Below are positions 12,594 to 21,318 of a DNA stretch of 64,000 nucleotides, one piece after another. Both the position numbers and the translations under genes were made by a program. The notes under the pieces are model-generated. The model had not been told where the DNA came from. It made no database searches and worked only from the letters and a program-made list of their open reading frames with translations. The stretch comes from an uncultured Chloroflexia bacterium (GTDB lineage Bacteria > Chloroflexota > Anaerolineae > JAAYZQ01): contig CAVOXA010000001.1 in assembly GCA_963700285.1 (NCBI GenBank), positions 1,056,001 through 1,120,000 on the forward strand, read 5' to 3'. The stretch's first letter is position 1. Each line of letters opens with the position of its first letter.

Positions 12594-13268
12594 CTAGATT
12601 TTGGCGCCCAGGATTTCCGAGGATATGGCGCATTCGTGCTGGCCAAAAGCCTGGCAGGCGCCAGGCACGTTGGCCGGTACGTCAATGCCGAATTCCGCCA
12701 GGGCCCGGCCGAGGTGACAGAGGGGCAGGCCCACCACGCTCAGCCAGCAGCCATCCACCCAGGACACGGGATCGAACTCTGGGTGCTGGATGGCATAGGC
12801 GCCGGCCTTGTCCATGGGATCGCCGCTCTCCACATACCTGGCGATCTCGGCGTCGGTATAGTCGCGCATCCAGACCAGGCTCTCGGCCAGTTGGCAGACC
12901 ATGCGCCGCCTGGCAGGGTGCCACAAACTGACGCCGCTATACACCACGTGCGACCGTCCGCGCAGGAGCTGGAGCATCCGGGTCGCATCATCAGGGTCCA
13001 CTGGTTTTCCCATCACTTGGCCGTTCAGAACCACGACGGTATCGGCGGCCACAACGAGGGTGTCAGGCCGAACATCTCTGACGGCCAGTGCCTTGGCCTG
13101 GCTCAGGCGCAGTACCATCTCAGTCGGCGGCTCTCCGTCCAGGGCTTGTTCCTCGACATCAACTGCCTTGACGATAAAAGGAAGGCCCAATAGTGGCAGG
13201 AGTTGCCTTCTCCGGGGTGAACCCGAGGCCAGGATCAGCCGCCGGATGCCAAAATCATCAGTTGTCAT
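12594..13268 (-). CDS. maf: Maf-family nucleoside triphosphate pyrophosphatase
   Basis: LILASGSPRRRQLL, ADTVV, GKP, DKAGAYAIQ, VVGLPL. Confidence 0.93.
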   Translation of the reverse strand: MTTDDFGIRRLILASGSPRRRQLLPLLGLPFIVKAVDVEEQALDGEPPTEMVLRLSQAKALAVRDVRPDTLVVAADTVVVLNGQVMGKPVDPDDATRMLQLLRGRSHVVYSGVSLWHPARRRMVCQLAESLVWMRDYTDAEIARYVESGDPMDKAGAYAIQHPEFDPVSWVDGCWLSVVGLPLCHLGRALAEFGIDVPANVPGACQAFGQHECAISSEILGAKI

Positions 13269-13274
13269 CTATCC

Positions 13275-13709
13275 TCAATTCTCCAGTGCCTTGCGAATGG
13301 CAGTGGCTGTCTGATCCAGGGTTTCTCGCACGGGCACGAGATCATATTCCGGACCAAACCGGAAGCCAAAGCCATCACCCCGAAAGCGGGGGATGATGTG
13401 TAGGTGAACGTGGCAAACGTCCTGACCGGCTGCCTCTCCGTCAGCCAGGAAGAGGTTGACACCCTCGCAGCGGACCCCGGATGCTCGAAGCGCACCAGCC
13501 AATTCTCTGCCTATGCGGAACATGTGGCCGCCGGTGTCTGGGTCCAGATCAGCCAGGTGGCGGGCATGCATCCTGGGCACGACGAGAAGGTGCCCGGGGT
13601 TGACGGGCCGAATATCCATGAAGGCAACGACCCAGTCGTCGGAATACAGGAGGCTGGCTGGCGCCTTACCCCGGACGATCTCGCAGAAAATACAAACCCC
13701 CCGAGTCAT
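13275..13709 (-). CDS. HIT family nucleotide hydrolase
   Basis: CIFC, PVNPGHLLVVP, HVHLHIIPR. Confidence 0.93.
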   Translation of the reverse strand: MTRGVCIFCEIVRGKAPASLLYSDDWVVAFMDIRPVNPGHLLVVPRMHARHLADLDPDTGGHMFRIGRELAGALRASGVRCEGVNLFLADGEAAGQDVCHVHLHIIPRFRGDGFGFRFGPEYDLVPVRETLDQTATAIRKALEN

Positions 13710-13715
13710 CGCGGT

Positions 13716-14246
13716 CTACAATCTCACCAGGGTATCCAGTTCCTGGCCCTTGCGTACATAGGCCAGGGAGAGGTCGCGCCCCTTGGGCATTTCGCGTACC
13801 AGCCGGTGCAGATCATCTGCGCGGCTCACTAATTGGCCTCCCAGAGCGGTGATCACGTCCCCTGTCCGCAGGCCGGCCTGCTCGGCTGGCGATCCTGCCC
13901 GTACCCGACCTACGTACGCACCTGAGGCCGGAATGCCCGGCTGCTTGCGCGCCTGAGAGGCTGCGTCGGCAACGGATGCTCCCAGACGCGGACCTGACTC
14001 GGTCTTGGCACCGCGAGCCTGGTTTAGGAGCTGCATCAATAGGGGCTGGTTAAAGCCAACTACCGCCTGTCCGTCCACAGTGATGACCGGTACCCCCTGC
14101 TGTCCCGAGGCCCGGACCATCTCCATCGCCGCCTGCCGGTCCGCGGCGACGTTCTTTTCGACATAGCGCACCCCCTGCCGCGAAAGAAACTCTTTCGCCT
14201 GATAGCAGTATGGTCAGGTGGGGGTCGTATAGACGACTACGTTCAT
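13716..14246 (-). CDS. Probable selenoprotein: glutaredoxin (UPYC) fused to a PDZ domain
   Basis: MNVVVYTTPT-TGA(14214-16)-PYCYQAKEFLSRQGV is in frame with the called ORF; GVPVI; PDZ RLGASV..VRAGSPAEQAGLRTGDVI; hairpin downstream of the TGA. Confidence 0.88.
14180..14198 (-). promoter_or_regulatory. Candidate bacterial SECIS (GCGAAAGA-GTT-TCTTTCGC)
   Basis: Perfect 8-bp stem with a G-starting triloop, 15 nt after the in-frame TGA. Confidence 0.7.
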
Positions 14247-14476
14247 GGTTTCGCACTCCTGTTCGGAAGGTCGATAGCACGATGGGGACATGCTGCCACG
14301 CACGAGTAGCAGCCAAAGCAAAAGTCCGGATCGGCAACCGGGATGCTGTCCTGGTCATCCCTGCGGAGGCCCTGGGCCAGGCAGGCAGCGATAGATGGGC
14401 AATCGGCACAACGCTGGCACCGCGAAGGGTCGACGCGGGGCACGATGTCGTCCCAGAAGTTGCTAGTCTGGGGCAC
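14243..14476 (-). CDS. Small 4Fe-4S ferredoxin-like protein
   Basis: CQRCADC..C and CFGCYSCVAACP. Confidence 0.85.
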   Translation of the reverse strand: MPQTSNFWDDIVPRVDPSRCQRCADCPSIAACLAQGLRRDDQDSIPVADPDFCFGCYSCVAACPHRAIDLPNRSAKP

Positions 14477-14930
14477 CGGTTAGCTCTCCAAGCCGGGCCA
14501 GCACCTTCTTGGCGTGACCATCAACCTTCACCGTGGGCCACACTGCGCGCACGACGCCCGTGGGGTCGATGAGATAGGTGACCCGGTTCGCCGATTTGCC
14601 GTGGTCCTTCAGCGTTCCATAGCCGGTCGCCATCTCTTTTTCCGAGTCGGAGAGGAGCTCGAATCGAAAGTCGTGCTTGTCCCGGAATTTTGCCAGGGTT
14701 CCTGGCTTGTCGGTGCTAACCCCTACTACGATCGCATTCGACGCCTGAAATTCGTCCAGGAGGGCATTGAAGGCTTGACCCTCCCGGGTGCAGCCCGACG
14801 TATGGGCCTTGGGATAGAAGTATAGCACCAGCCAGCGTCCCTGGAAATCGCTCAATGCCAGAGGGGACTCTCCAGCAGTGAGTGCTTGGAACTGGGGCGC
14901 CGGAGCGCCAACGGGCAATAGGCTGCTCAC
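14463..14930 (-). CDS. bcp: Peroxiredoxin, BCP/PrxQ type (single Cys)
   Basis: LYFYPKAHTSGCTRE, GVSTD, LLSD, RVTYLID. Confidence 0.9.
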   Translation of the reverse strand: MSSLLPVGAPAPQFQALTAGESPLALSDFQGRWLVLYFYPKAHTSGCTREGQAFNALLDEFQASNAIVVGVSTDKPGTLAKFRDKHDFRFELLSDSEKEMATGYGTLKDHGKSANRVTYLIDPTGVVRAVWPTVKVDGHAKKVLARLGELTGAPD

Positions 14931-15284
14931 AATTCCTACCTCCTGAGCTACTCTATTCTGGTCACAAACCTTGCGCCAGATTTCGAGACGGGTCGGATTA
15001 TACCAAGGTTGCTATCCTACGTCAAACGCTCCGTCGCTGTGGGGATGGTAGGGAGGTTCACACGACTCAGATACTGGGCATGGCTTGAGCTGGTGCCAGC
15101 CTCACCGAGCACGGGGGATAGAACCGACCACCTTGGCGTTGCCCAGCAACAGGGCGAGCCTATACGAGGCGCTGCGAACAGCCAGAATCGGGTGTGCAAG
15201 ATGGGGCGCCGGGCTTTACTGCAAACATGGTCGTGCTCGCTACCGATGATCCGCTTTCAGTAGCGAGCACGGCGTCGCATCTAC

Positions 15285-15764
15285 TCAGTCTACATCGCCA
15301 GCGGAAAGGTAGCGGAGGAAGATCATCAGCTCTGGATTTGCCGCAAGGTCGGCATATTTGTCGCTGTCCGAATACGCCGCCTTGGAGGCTCCTTGATGCC
15401 GAACGGCTATCAGCTCGGGGTTGGCGGCCAAGAACGAGTCTTCTCCCTTCATGCCGGCTGACTCGGCATGACGCCGTGCGGCCATCAACTCTGGGTTGGC
15501 GTACAGGAACGCGGCCTCTGACCTCTTGGCCGTTTCCTTGGCGTAGCGGCCAGCGGCCATCAACTCCGGGTTGGTAGCCGCCAGAGAAGCGACATCCGTC
15601 GTCTCTACGATAGAGTTGCTTCCCGGCACTACAACGGCCACTGCCGCAAAGAGAAGCACCAGCGCCGCAAGCACTACGGCCAAGGTAGCAACCTTTCTGC
15701 TGAACACGTCTTGGGTCTCATCCTGTGGGATGGGCAGATGGATACCATGAATCCTCTGGCTCAC
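15285..15764 (-). CDS. Membrane-anchored/secreted hypothetical protein with four (L)AANPEL repeats
   Basis: RBS AGGAGG, one hydrophobic helix, four NPEL repeats. Confidence 0.7.
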   Translation of the reverse strand: MSQRIHGIHLPIPQDETQDVFSRKVATLAVVLAALVLLFAAVAVVVPGSNSIVETTDVASLAATNPELMAAGRYAKETAKRSEAAFLYANPELMAARRHAESAGMKGEDSFLAANPELIAVRHQGASKAAYSDSDKYADLAANPELMIFLRYLSAGDVD

Positions 15765-16032
15765 GTCATGACCTCCTTTTCGGTTTTTTGGGAGCTGGTT
15801 TCCCCCGGCTGGATGGGCTGCTCAGCTCGACTGCTGAGCACTTTTTTGATTCTTGCCTCAATGAACGGAGAATCTCCAAGTTTTCCGGCGATGGCACCCC
15901 GAGATAAGGTATTCTTAATGCCCGCATGATCTGTTCTTAAAGTCAGGCGTCAGCTGATCTGCTAGAATGGATGTGAGCCTAGCGGTTGTATTCTGACTTG
16001 GCAAAAGCGATTGGAGAATTGGGAGGGATCAC

Positions 16033-16518
16033 TTGAAGAGATTAGTAGCCGGTGCATTGAACGTCATCGTTATTCTTTCGGTATTGGCCATTGGCGCTAC
16101 GGCGGCTCCGGGGACGGCTGCAGCCGCAGAAAAGGTTGGGCCGTACGAAGGTACTTTCCAGGGCTACGCGTATGGTGACCAGGGCACCCGAGCGCCGCTT
16201 ATGCTTGACCTGACCCACCGTGATGGGCAAGTGGAAGGAAAGGTATCCATGGGGCAAGGTCTGTACGTTGATGCAGGCGTTTGTGGTGCGGCCAATATTC
16301 CCGCCACGTCACAGTACGTGGAGGGTCAGACGACGCGCTGGAACCCAAATCGTCTGGAAGTCAACCCGGCATTTGATCTGGGTGGTTTCAAATTGGTCGT
16401 TGATCTCGAAAGCAGCCTGTCGGCCAATGGCGATGTCATCACGGCAAATGCCAAGGTCGACCTGCCCTGGTTCTGTGGCCGCGATCCGGTATTGAAGGCT
16501 ACTCTTTATAGAAAATAG
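16033..16518 (+). CDS. Secreted beta-rich hypothetical protein
   Basis: Signal peptide MKRLVAG...AAAA-EK, RBS GGGAGGG, two Cys. Confidence 0.75.
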   Translation: MKRLVAGALNVIVILSVLAIGATAAPGTAAAAEKVGPYEGTFQGYAYGDQGTRAPLMLDLTHRDGQVEGKVSMGQGLYVDAGVCGAANIPATSQYVEGQTTRWNPNRLEVNPAFDLGGFKLVVDLESSLSANGDVITANAKVDLPWFCGRDPVLKATLYRK

Positions 16519-16596
16519 GCCCAGGCTTTGGCCACGGGCCTATCAGGTGGCCGATTGCAGGCCACCTGTCCTATGCCACGTGGATGCATCTGCCCG

Positions 16597-16640
16597 AAAA
16601 AAGACGCGACCCTGGCAAGCTGCCAGGGTCGTCTGCTGTT
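16597..16640. terminator. Intrinsic terminator between convergent genes
   Basis: GACCCTGGCA/TGCCAGGGTC stem preceded by an A6 tract. Confidence 0.6.
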
Positions 16641-16953
16641 CCGTTTGTCAGGGCTACAAGCAGGCGGCCATCGTCAGACCATCTGGACTCTGAACTCGAG
16701 CGCCCGCGCCCCAGCCCATGGCGTCAGCAGTCTTCCCAGCCCCGTCTGTCCGGCACGCAACGGGTACACGCTAACACCCCCGATCGGCTGCGACAGGGCG
16801 CAGAGCACCCCAGGGCCTGCACTGTTGCCGAGATCCCCGCCCAAGCGGAGTACTCCAAGGGCACGCCCCCTCTGCATCGCGTGGGCGAGATCACCTGCAT
16901 GGGCTGCAAGTAGACCCTACTTCCTGCGCCGTAGGCTGACGGGCCAGCCACGG

Positions 16954-17700
16954 CTATTTCACGATGATCGTCGCTGCACCGAGAGGAAACTCTTCCCAGT
17001 CCGCATCACCCTGACTGCACCGGGCAAAGCAAATAGCCAGAAAGACCTTGTACGTTCCGGGGCTGCTAAAAGCCAGACCGTCGTCGTGCTTGAATGGCGT
17101 ACCCGGCTGAATAATGTCAGGATTGATCCAGCTCGTGTTGAAAAGTCCGTTGCTGGCCTTGATGCCCAGCTTCTCAAAACCCACTGGATTCTGGGTATGG
17201 TTCAGCGCCTCGTAAGTGAAATACGCCGTCTCACCTACAGCGAACGTTGTCTTGTCACGGGCAACTACCAACCCCGAGACACCGTGTGAGCCAACAACGT
17301 GCTTCGCTTCGGGTTTGGGAACCGGCGTAGGCGGTACTTTGGTAGGCTGTGCCGGGGCCCTGGTCGCCGTGGGCGGCGCCGGTGTCGGGGTTGGCGGCTC
17401 TGGGGTGTCAGTTGGCGGCGCCTGCGTCGGTGGAATGGGGGTAGGAGTTGGCGGCTCAGCCGTGTCGGTAAGTGGCAAGGGCGTAGCTGAGGGCAAAGGG
17501 GTGTCGGTTGGAGCAGGCGTCGGTGTTGGTGTTGGGGGCAATGTCTCGGTTGCCGCCGGCATGGCTGTGAAGGTCGGCCTGAGCGTCTTGACCGGGGCGG
17601 GCGTGGCCTGAGGGACCTGAGCCACAAAACTCGGGAAGCCGCAGCCCAGGCCAACGATCCCCCATATCACCAGTGCAAAGAACAAGTGTCTATGTTTCAT
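16954..17700 (-). CDS. Pro/Thr-rich lipoprotein with a C-terminal Ig-like domain
   Basis: Lipobox-like GLGC, long PT linker, beta-rich C-terminus. Confidence 0.75.
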   Translation of the reverse strand: MKHRHLFFALVIWGIVGLGCGFPSFVAQVPQATPAPVKTLRPTFTAMPAATETLPPTPTPTPAPTDTPLPSATPLPLTDTAEPPTPTPIPPTQAPPTDTPEPPTPTPAPPTATRAPAQPTKVPPTPVPKPEAKHVVGSHGVSGLVVARDKTTFAVGETAYFTYEALNHTQNPVGFEKLGIKASNGLFNTSWINPDIIQPGTPFKHDDGLAFSSPGTYKVFLAICFARCSQGDADWEEFPLGAATIIVK

Positions 17701-17906
17701 TTCGCGTCACCCTCGTCTTCCACGGAACATTCCTCTCCACCTCGCCGCAGCCGGAGATTCGATTGAATCGGCTGCGCCTGGCATGTCTGGAGATGGCCAC
17801 GTGGGCCAGCCTGGATTCTACTCGAAAACCCAGGGGCAAGCAAGTGGCGCAAAGCAAAAGAACCGCGGATCATTGGGAGGGTGGGCGAGGACAGTAGGAA
17901 TAGGGG

Positions 17907-18284
17907 TCATGCACACTCAGCTTGCTCGAGGGCTCTCTCTAGTAGGTCAGTCACGTGGAGGTCGGTTGCCATACCGCGCAAGTAGCTACGGTCTATCCGG
18001 TCGTGCTGCACTTTGAGGACGCCCAGAATATCATGCCACTGGCGCTCCGAGGTCTCACCGCCAAGGCGATACCATTCGAGTTTGGCCAGGACAATGTCTT
18101 CAGCACTGGCGACGAAGGCGCTGCACTCGGGATCCATGCCCAGGACGTGGTGCTGGCGGCGGGCCAACTGGGAGCGATCGAACGGGCGCGCGCTGGCCAG
18201 CGAGCCTCCAATGAGATATGGGGCTTTCAGCGTGTCCAGGGTATTGATGACGACCATTGTCACGGCGAGAGGCTCAGAAAGCAT
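17907..18284 (-). pseudogene. Nucleotidyltransferase-type toxin (MenT/Rv0078A-like), apparently with an internal deletion
   Basis: PYLIGGSLAS joins directly to ARPFDRSQL..ASAEDIVLAKLEW; the expected RxTxDxD segment is absent. Confidence 0.6.
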
Positions 18285-18538
18285 CAGCCTCGCTCCAACA
18301 ATGGTCCGTAGATGCGCGTTGCTAGTTCCTGTCCCAGCACCAGGTTGGCCAAACGCCGCCTGCGCTGCTCTGGAGAGTCGTCGGGATAGCGCTGGCGCAG
18401 CCCAGCCAGGGCAAGGGTCCGCACAGTTTGGTTCATTTCGCCCACAAGGGCTAGTTTCCGCCAGGGTGGCATCTTCCGCAACTGCTCGATCTGCAGTTGT
18501 TCGACGTGGGACATGGTGTCAGAAAAGTGTGCTGTCAT
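18284..18538 (-). CDS. Rv0078B/MenA-like small antitoxin
   Basis: SDT..EQLQIEQLRKMPPWRKL..LALAGLRQRYP; its stop overlaps the NTase start. Confidence 0.65.
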   Translation of the reverse strand: MTAHFSDTMSHVEQLQIEQLRKMPPWRKLALVGEMNQTVRTLALAGLRQRYPDDSPEQRRRRLANLVLGQELATRIYGPLLERG

Positions 18539-18700
18539 CCTCCGGCCCGCCAAACAGCGTGTCACCCGATAGTCCTTCATCAATGTAGTCAATTATAGCA
18601 TTGTTCTCAGACCTTAACAAGCAGGAGCGAACCAGTTGGGGCCGGGAGCTGGAGAGACGCTTCATCGGAATCTGCTGCGGTACACGGAGACTCTTTGCTA

Positions 18701-19270
18701 TTACTCGGCGGTTTCTGGTGGTTGAGCGTTGTGTGGCCCAGCGTTCAGCAGTAGCTCGCACCACAACAACGCCAGCGCGCTGGGCCCATCCGAGATCTCA
18801 CCCTCGCGCGCCATACGCAGGGCCTCCTTGACCGGCTTGAGGCGTATCTCCATCAGCTCCGTCGGCTCGTAGTGGGTTTCACCCAGCTCGACGCCCATTG
18901 CCAAATAGACATAAGCGATTTCATTGGAGGTGCCGTTGGAGGTATAGAACTGGCCGACGTAGTGCAGCTCGGACGCTACACCGCCAACCTCTTCCAGCAA
19001 CTCGCGCCGGGCCACTTCCTCTGGTGCCAGATCCGGAGCCAGGCCCCCAGCCGGTACTTCTATACAGTACGCATTAACCGGATAACGGTAGTTCCAGATC
19101 AGAACGATCTGCCCATCGGGGGTGACTGGTACGACCCACACCGCGCCGGGGTGATCGACGATGGTATAGGTATACTCGTAGCCTTCGGGCGTACGCAGCC
19201 GGTCCTGGCGCAGGCTGTACCACTTGCTCTGCCACAGATACCGGCTCTCGAGTGTTTCCAAGATCGACAT
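18701..19270 (-). CDS. NUDIX hydrolase (ADP-ribose pyrophosphatase-like)
   Basis: HPGAV and Nudix box EVPAGG..PEEVARRELLEEVG. Confidence 0.9.
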   Translation of the reverse strand: MSILETLESRYLWQSKWYSLRQDRLRTPEGYEYTYTIVDHPGAVWVVPVTPDGQIVLIWNYRYPVNAYCIEVPAGGLAPDLAPEEVARRELLEEVGGVASELHYVGQFYTSNGTSNEIAYVYLAMGVELGETHYEPTELMEIRLKPVKEALRMAREGEISDGPSALALLWCELLLNAGPHNAQPPETAE

Positions 19271-19297
19271 CTTTTTGATGCTTGCTTGGAGGTGGCG

Positions 19298-20131
19298 CTA
19301 GTATTTTCGTACGATGGCCCGGTAGGCCGACGGTACGCGGCACTGGATGATCTGCTGTGCCTCACGGGTTTTGCGCACCTTGTCCAGATCGATCGTGGCC
19401 ACGGCATAACCCTCGATCTCTTCGTCGATGGAAGCGTATACCTCGCCTCGGGGGCCGACCACCATGCTGTCTCCGAGGAACTGGTAGCTGTACTCTTCAC
19501 CGATGCGGTTGCTGGCCACGATATACGTCGCATTCTCCGAGGCGCGCGCCTGGTTGTAGGTCCGCCACTCCTCCACAAACATGGCCCGGTCCTGGGCCGG
19601 GGAATGGCCCCAATTGGCGCACACGCACAGCAGCTCGGCGCCATCGAGGGACAGGCTGCGGGCAACTTCGGGGAAGGCCAGGTCCCAACCGAGCAGGATG
19701 CCGACCTGTCCGAAGGTGGTCTCGAATACAGGCAAGCGGTAGCCAGCGCGGAAAGCCAGCCGCTCCTCGCCAGGCAGGTGGAGCTTGCGGTACTCGCCCA
19801 GCATCTCGCCATCAGGGCCGATCAGGATGGCGGCGTTATAGATCGTGCTCTCTACCTTCTCCTTGGTCACCATGCCAAAGACGATGTGGGTGTTGTAATC
19901 GGCCGCACGCTGGGCCATCAGGTTGACAGCGTGTCCCGATGGGCGCTGGGCCACGTCGGTAAAGCGTACGCCCATCTCATAACCCGTCGTTGCCAGTTCG
20001 GGGAAAACGATCAGGTCTACGCTGTGCTCGGTGCAGATTTGGTCGGTAAACTTGCCCATGGAGACGAGATTGTCGTCGACTTTGCCCAGTTGAGGGTACA
20101 TCTGCACCACGGCTACGCTGATTTCTGGCAT
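19298..20131 (-). CDS. Carbon-nitrogen hydrolase (nitrilase superfamily)
   Basis: VFPEL, YRKLHL, RASEN; the nucleophile site reads LGWD instead of ICYD. Confidence 0.88.
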   Translation of the reverse strand: MPEISVAVVQMYPQLGKVDDNLVSMGKFTDQICTEHSVDLIVFPELATTGYEMGVRFTDVAQRPSGHAVNLMAQRAADYNTHIVFGMVTKEKVESTIYNAAILIGPDGEMLGEYRKLHLPGEERLAFRAGYRLPVFETTFGQVGILLGWDLAFPEVARSLSLDGAELLCVCANWGHSPAQDRAMFVEEWRTYNQARASENATYIVASNRIGEEYSYQFLGDSMVVGPRGEVYASIDEEIEGYAVATIDLDKVRKTREAQQIIQCRVPSAYRAIVRKY

Positions 20132-20244
20132 ATTCTATGCTCCTTATCAAGGCTGAACTGCTCCCAGTATACCGTGAAGCGTACCAACCGTCAACCAGTG
20201 ACCACGGTAGTGGCGGGGCTGCTGCAAGGTCCGTCGACCAGCGC

Positions 20245-20340
20245 AACCTCCCGCAGGTTCTGCCTTTCCAGGCGTCTGTTCACGGGGGCGTCCAGCAAAA
20301 ACGCACCAGAGCCTCGCCGCGGACAAACCTGCGGGAGGTT
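20245..20340. repeat. REP-like inverted repeat pair
   Basis: AACCTCCCGCAGGTT (20245-59) and its exact reverse complement AACCTGCGGGAGGTT (20326-40); each arm can also fold on itself. Confidence 0.6.
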
Positions 20341-20429
20341 AGGCTCCAACTTTGCTACTGCCGACACCGCCAACAACACTAGAATAGCACATATGTTCTT
20401 AGCTGTCAAATGGACGCATGTTGCTTGCG

Positions 20430-21086
20430 CTAGCGCTTGGTGGCCAGCACCAGCCTTACGGTACTCTCCTTCACCTCGATGGTTTCTCGCCAGGCTGGCA
20501 GACTTGACCTCTCCAGCAGGTTCAGGAGATCGGGTGCAGGAGCCCGCTGGCCGGTGACCCGGTACAGCCACTCCAGCCACCGAGATTGTGGAGATCTGCC
20601 GGGGAATGAGACCGCCTCGATGATGACCAATCGGCCGCCAGTTTGCAGCACGCGGTGGACCTGGTATATCCAATTCCAGTCATAGACATAAGCGGTGGGA
20701 AACGAACTGATGACAGCGGCAAAGGACTGGGGCGCGAAGGGCAGCGTTTGCGCGCGCCCGCGGCAAAGGGAGGCCGCTGCTTTTCTGTGCAGCAGTTCTT
20801 TTTGGGCACGGCGGAGCATTGCTGGCGAAAGATCGAGGCCAACTGGCTGCCAGCCGCCACCTGCCAGGTCAGCGAGGAGATGTCCAGGTCCGCAGCCGGC
20901 ATCGAGGACCCTGCCTCCGGGGGGCAGGTACGACCAGGCAGTGCTCTGCCACCTCCGCCACATGCCCCGGGACACGATCCAACTGATAGGATCGTAGAGC
21001 CAGGCCAGATCATTGTACAGCAGCTTGAACCCGTATGCGATAAGCCTTTCCCGTACCCGGCCCAAGGTCAAACGCACAGAGGCCAT
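20430..21086 (-). CDS. Class I SAM-dependent methyltransferase
   Basis: VLDAGCGPG, GLDLSPAML, LPF. Confidence 0.88.
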   Translation of the reverse strand: MASVRLTLGRVRERLIAYGFKLLYNDLAWLYDPISWIVSRGMWRRWQSTAWSYLPPGGRVLDAGCGPGHLLADLAGGGWQPVGLDLSPAMLRRAQKELLHRKAAASLCRGRAQTLPFAPQSFAAVISSFPTAYVYDWNWIYQVHRVLQTGGRLVIIEAVSFPGRSPQSRWLEWLYRVTGQRAPAPDLLNLLERSSLPAWRETIEVKESTVRLVLATKR

Positions 21087-21215
21087 CCCAGCGCAGAAAA
21101 GGTGACCAGTTCAATGCCCCGGTCTACGGCGTTTACAATTAGTTGAATCCCCATTTTCTTACCCCTGACCTCTGCTTATACACCATCTCTTCCATCGGTG
21201 CAAGCCGTGGTGGGT

Positions 21216-21244
21216 TTGACATCTCTCCTGAGTTGGGCTACAAT
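21216..21244 (+). promoter_or_regulatory. Sigma70 promoter for alaS
   Basis: TTGACA-17 nt-TACAAT. Confidence 0.7.
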
Positions 21245-21318
21245 GGCCGCGGGCTGGCGGTGACTGACAGGAACTTGGCCGCCGGCCGGTGTATGTAATC
21301 GCCTGGGAGTGACAAGCC

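Noticed and set aside
14463-14930. Sec in the peroxiredoxin
   Set aside because: The peroxidatic codon is TGC (Cys)
16584-16913. Small ORF ending in CMGCK
   Set aside because: It spans a terminator, has no clear RBS and shows no recognisable homology
18872-20557. 561-aa plus-strand ORF and similar long shadow ORFs (e.g. 33946-35085, 48132-49202)
   Set aside because: Antisense to well-supported genes in GC-rich DNA; no recognisable motifs
21090-21318. T-box riboswitch upstream of alaS
   Set aside because: The promoter leaves only ~75 nt of leader and there is no T-box consensus or terminator
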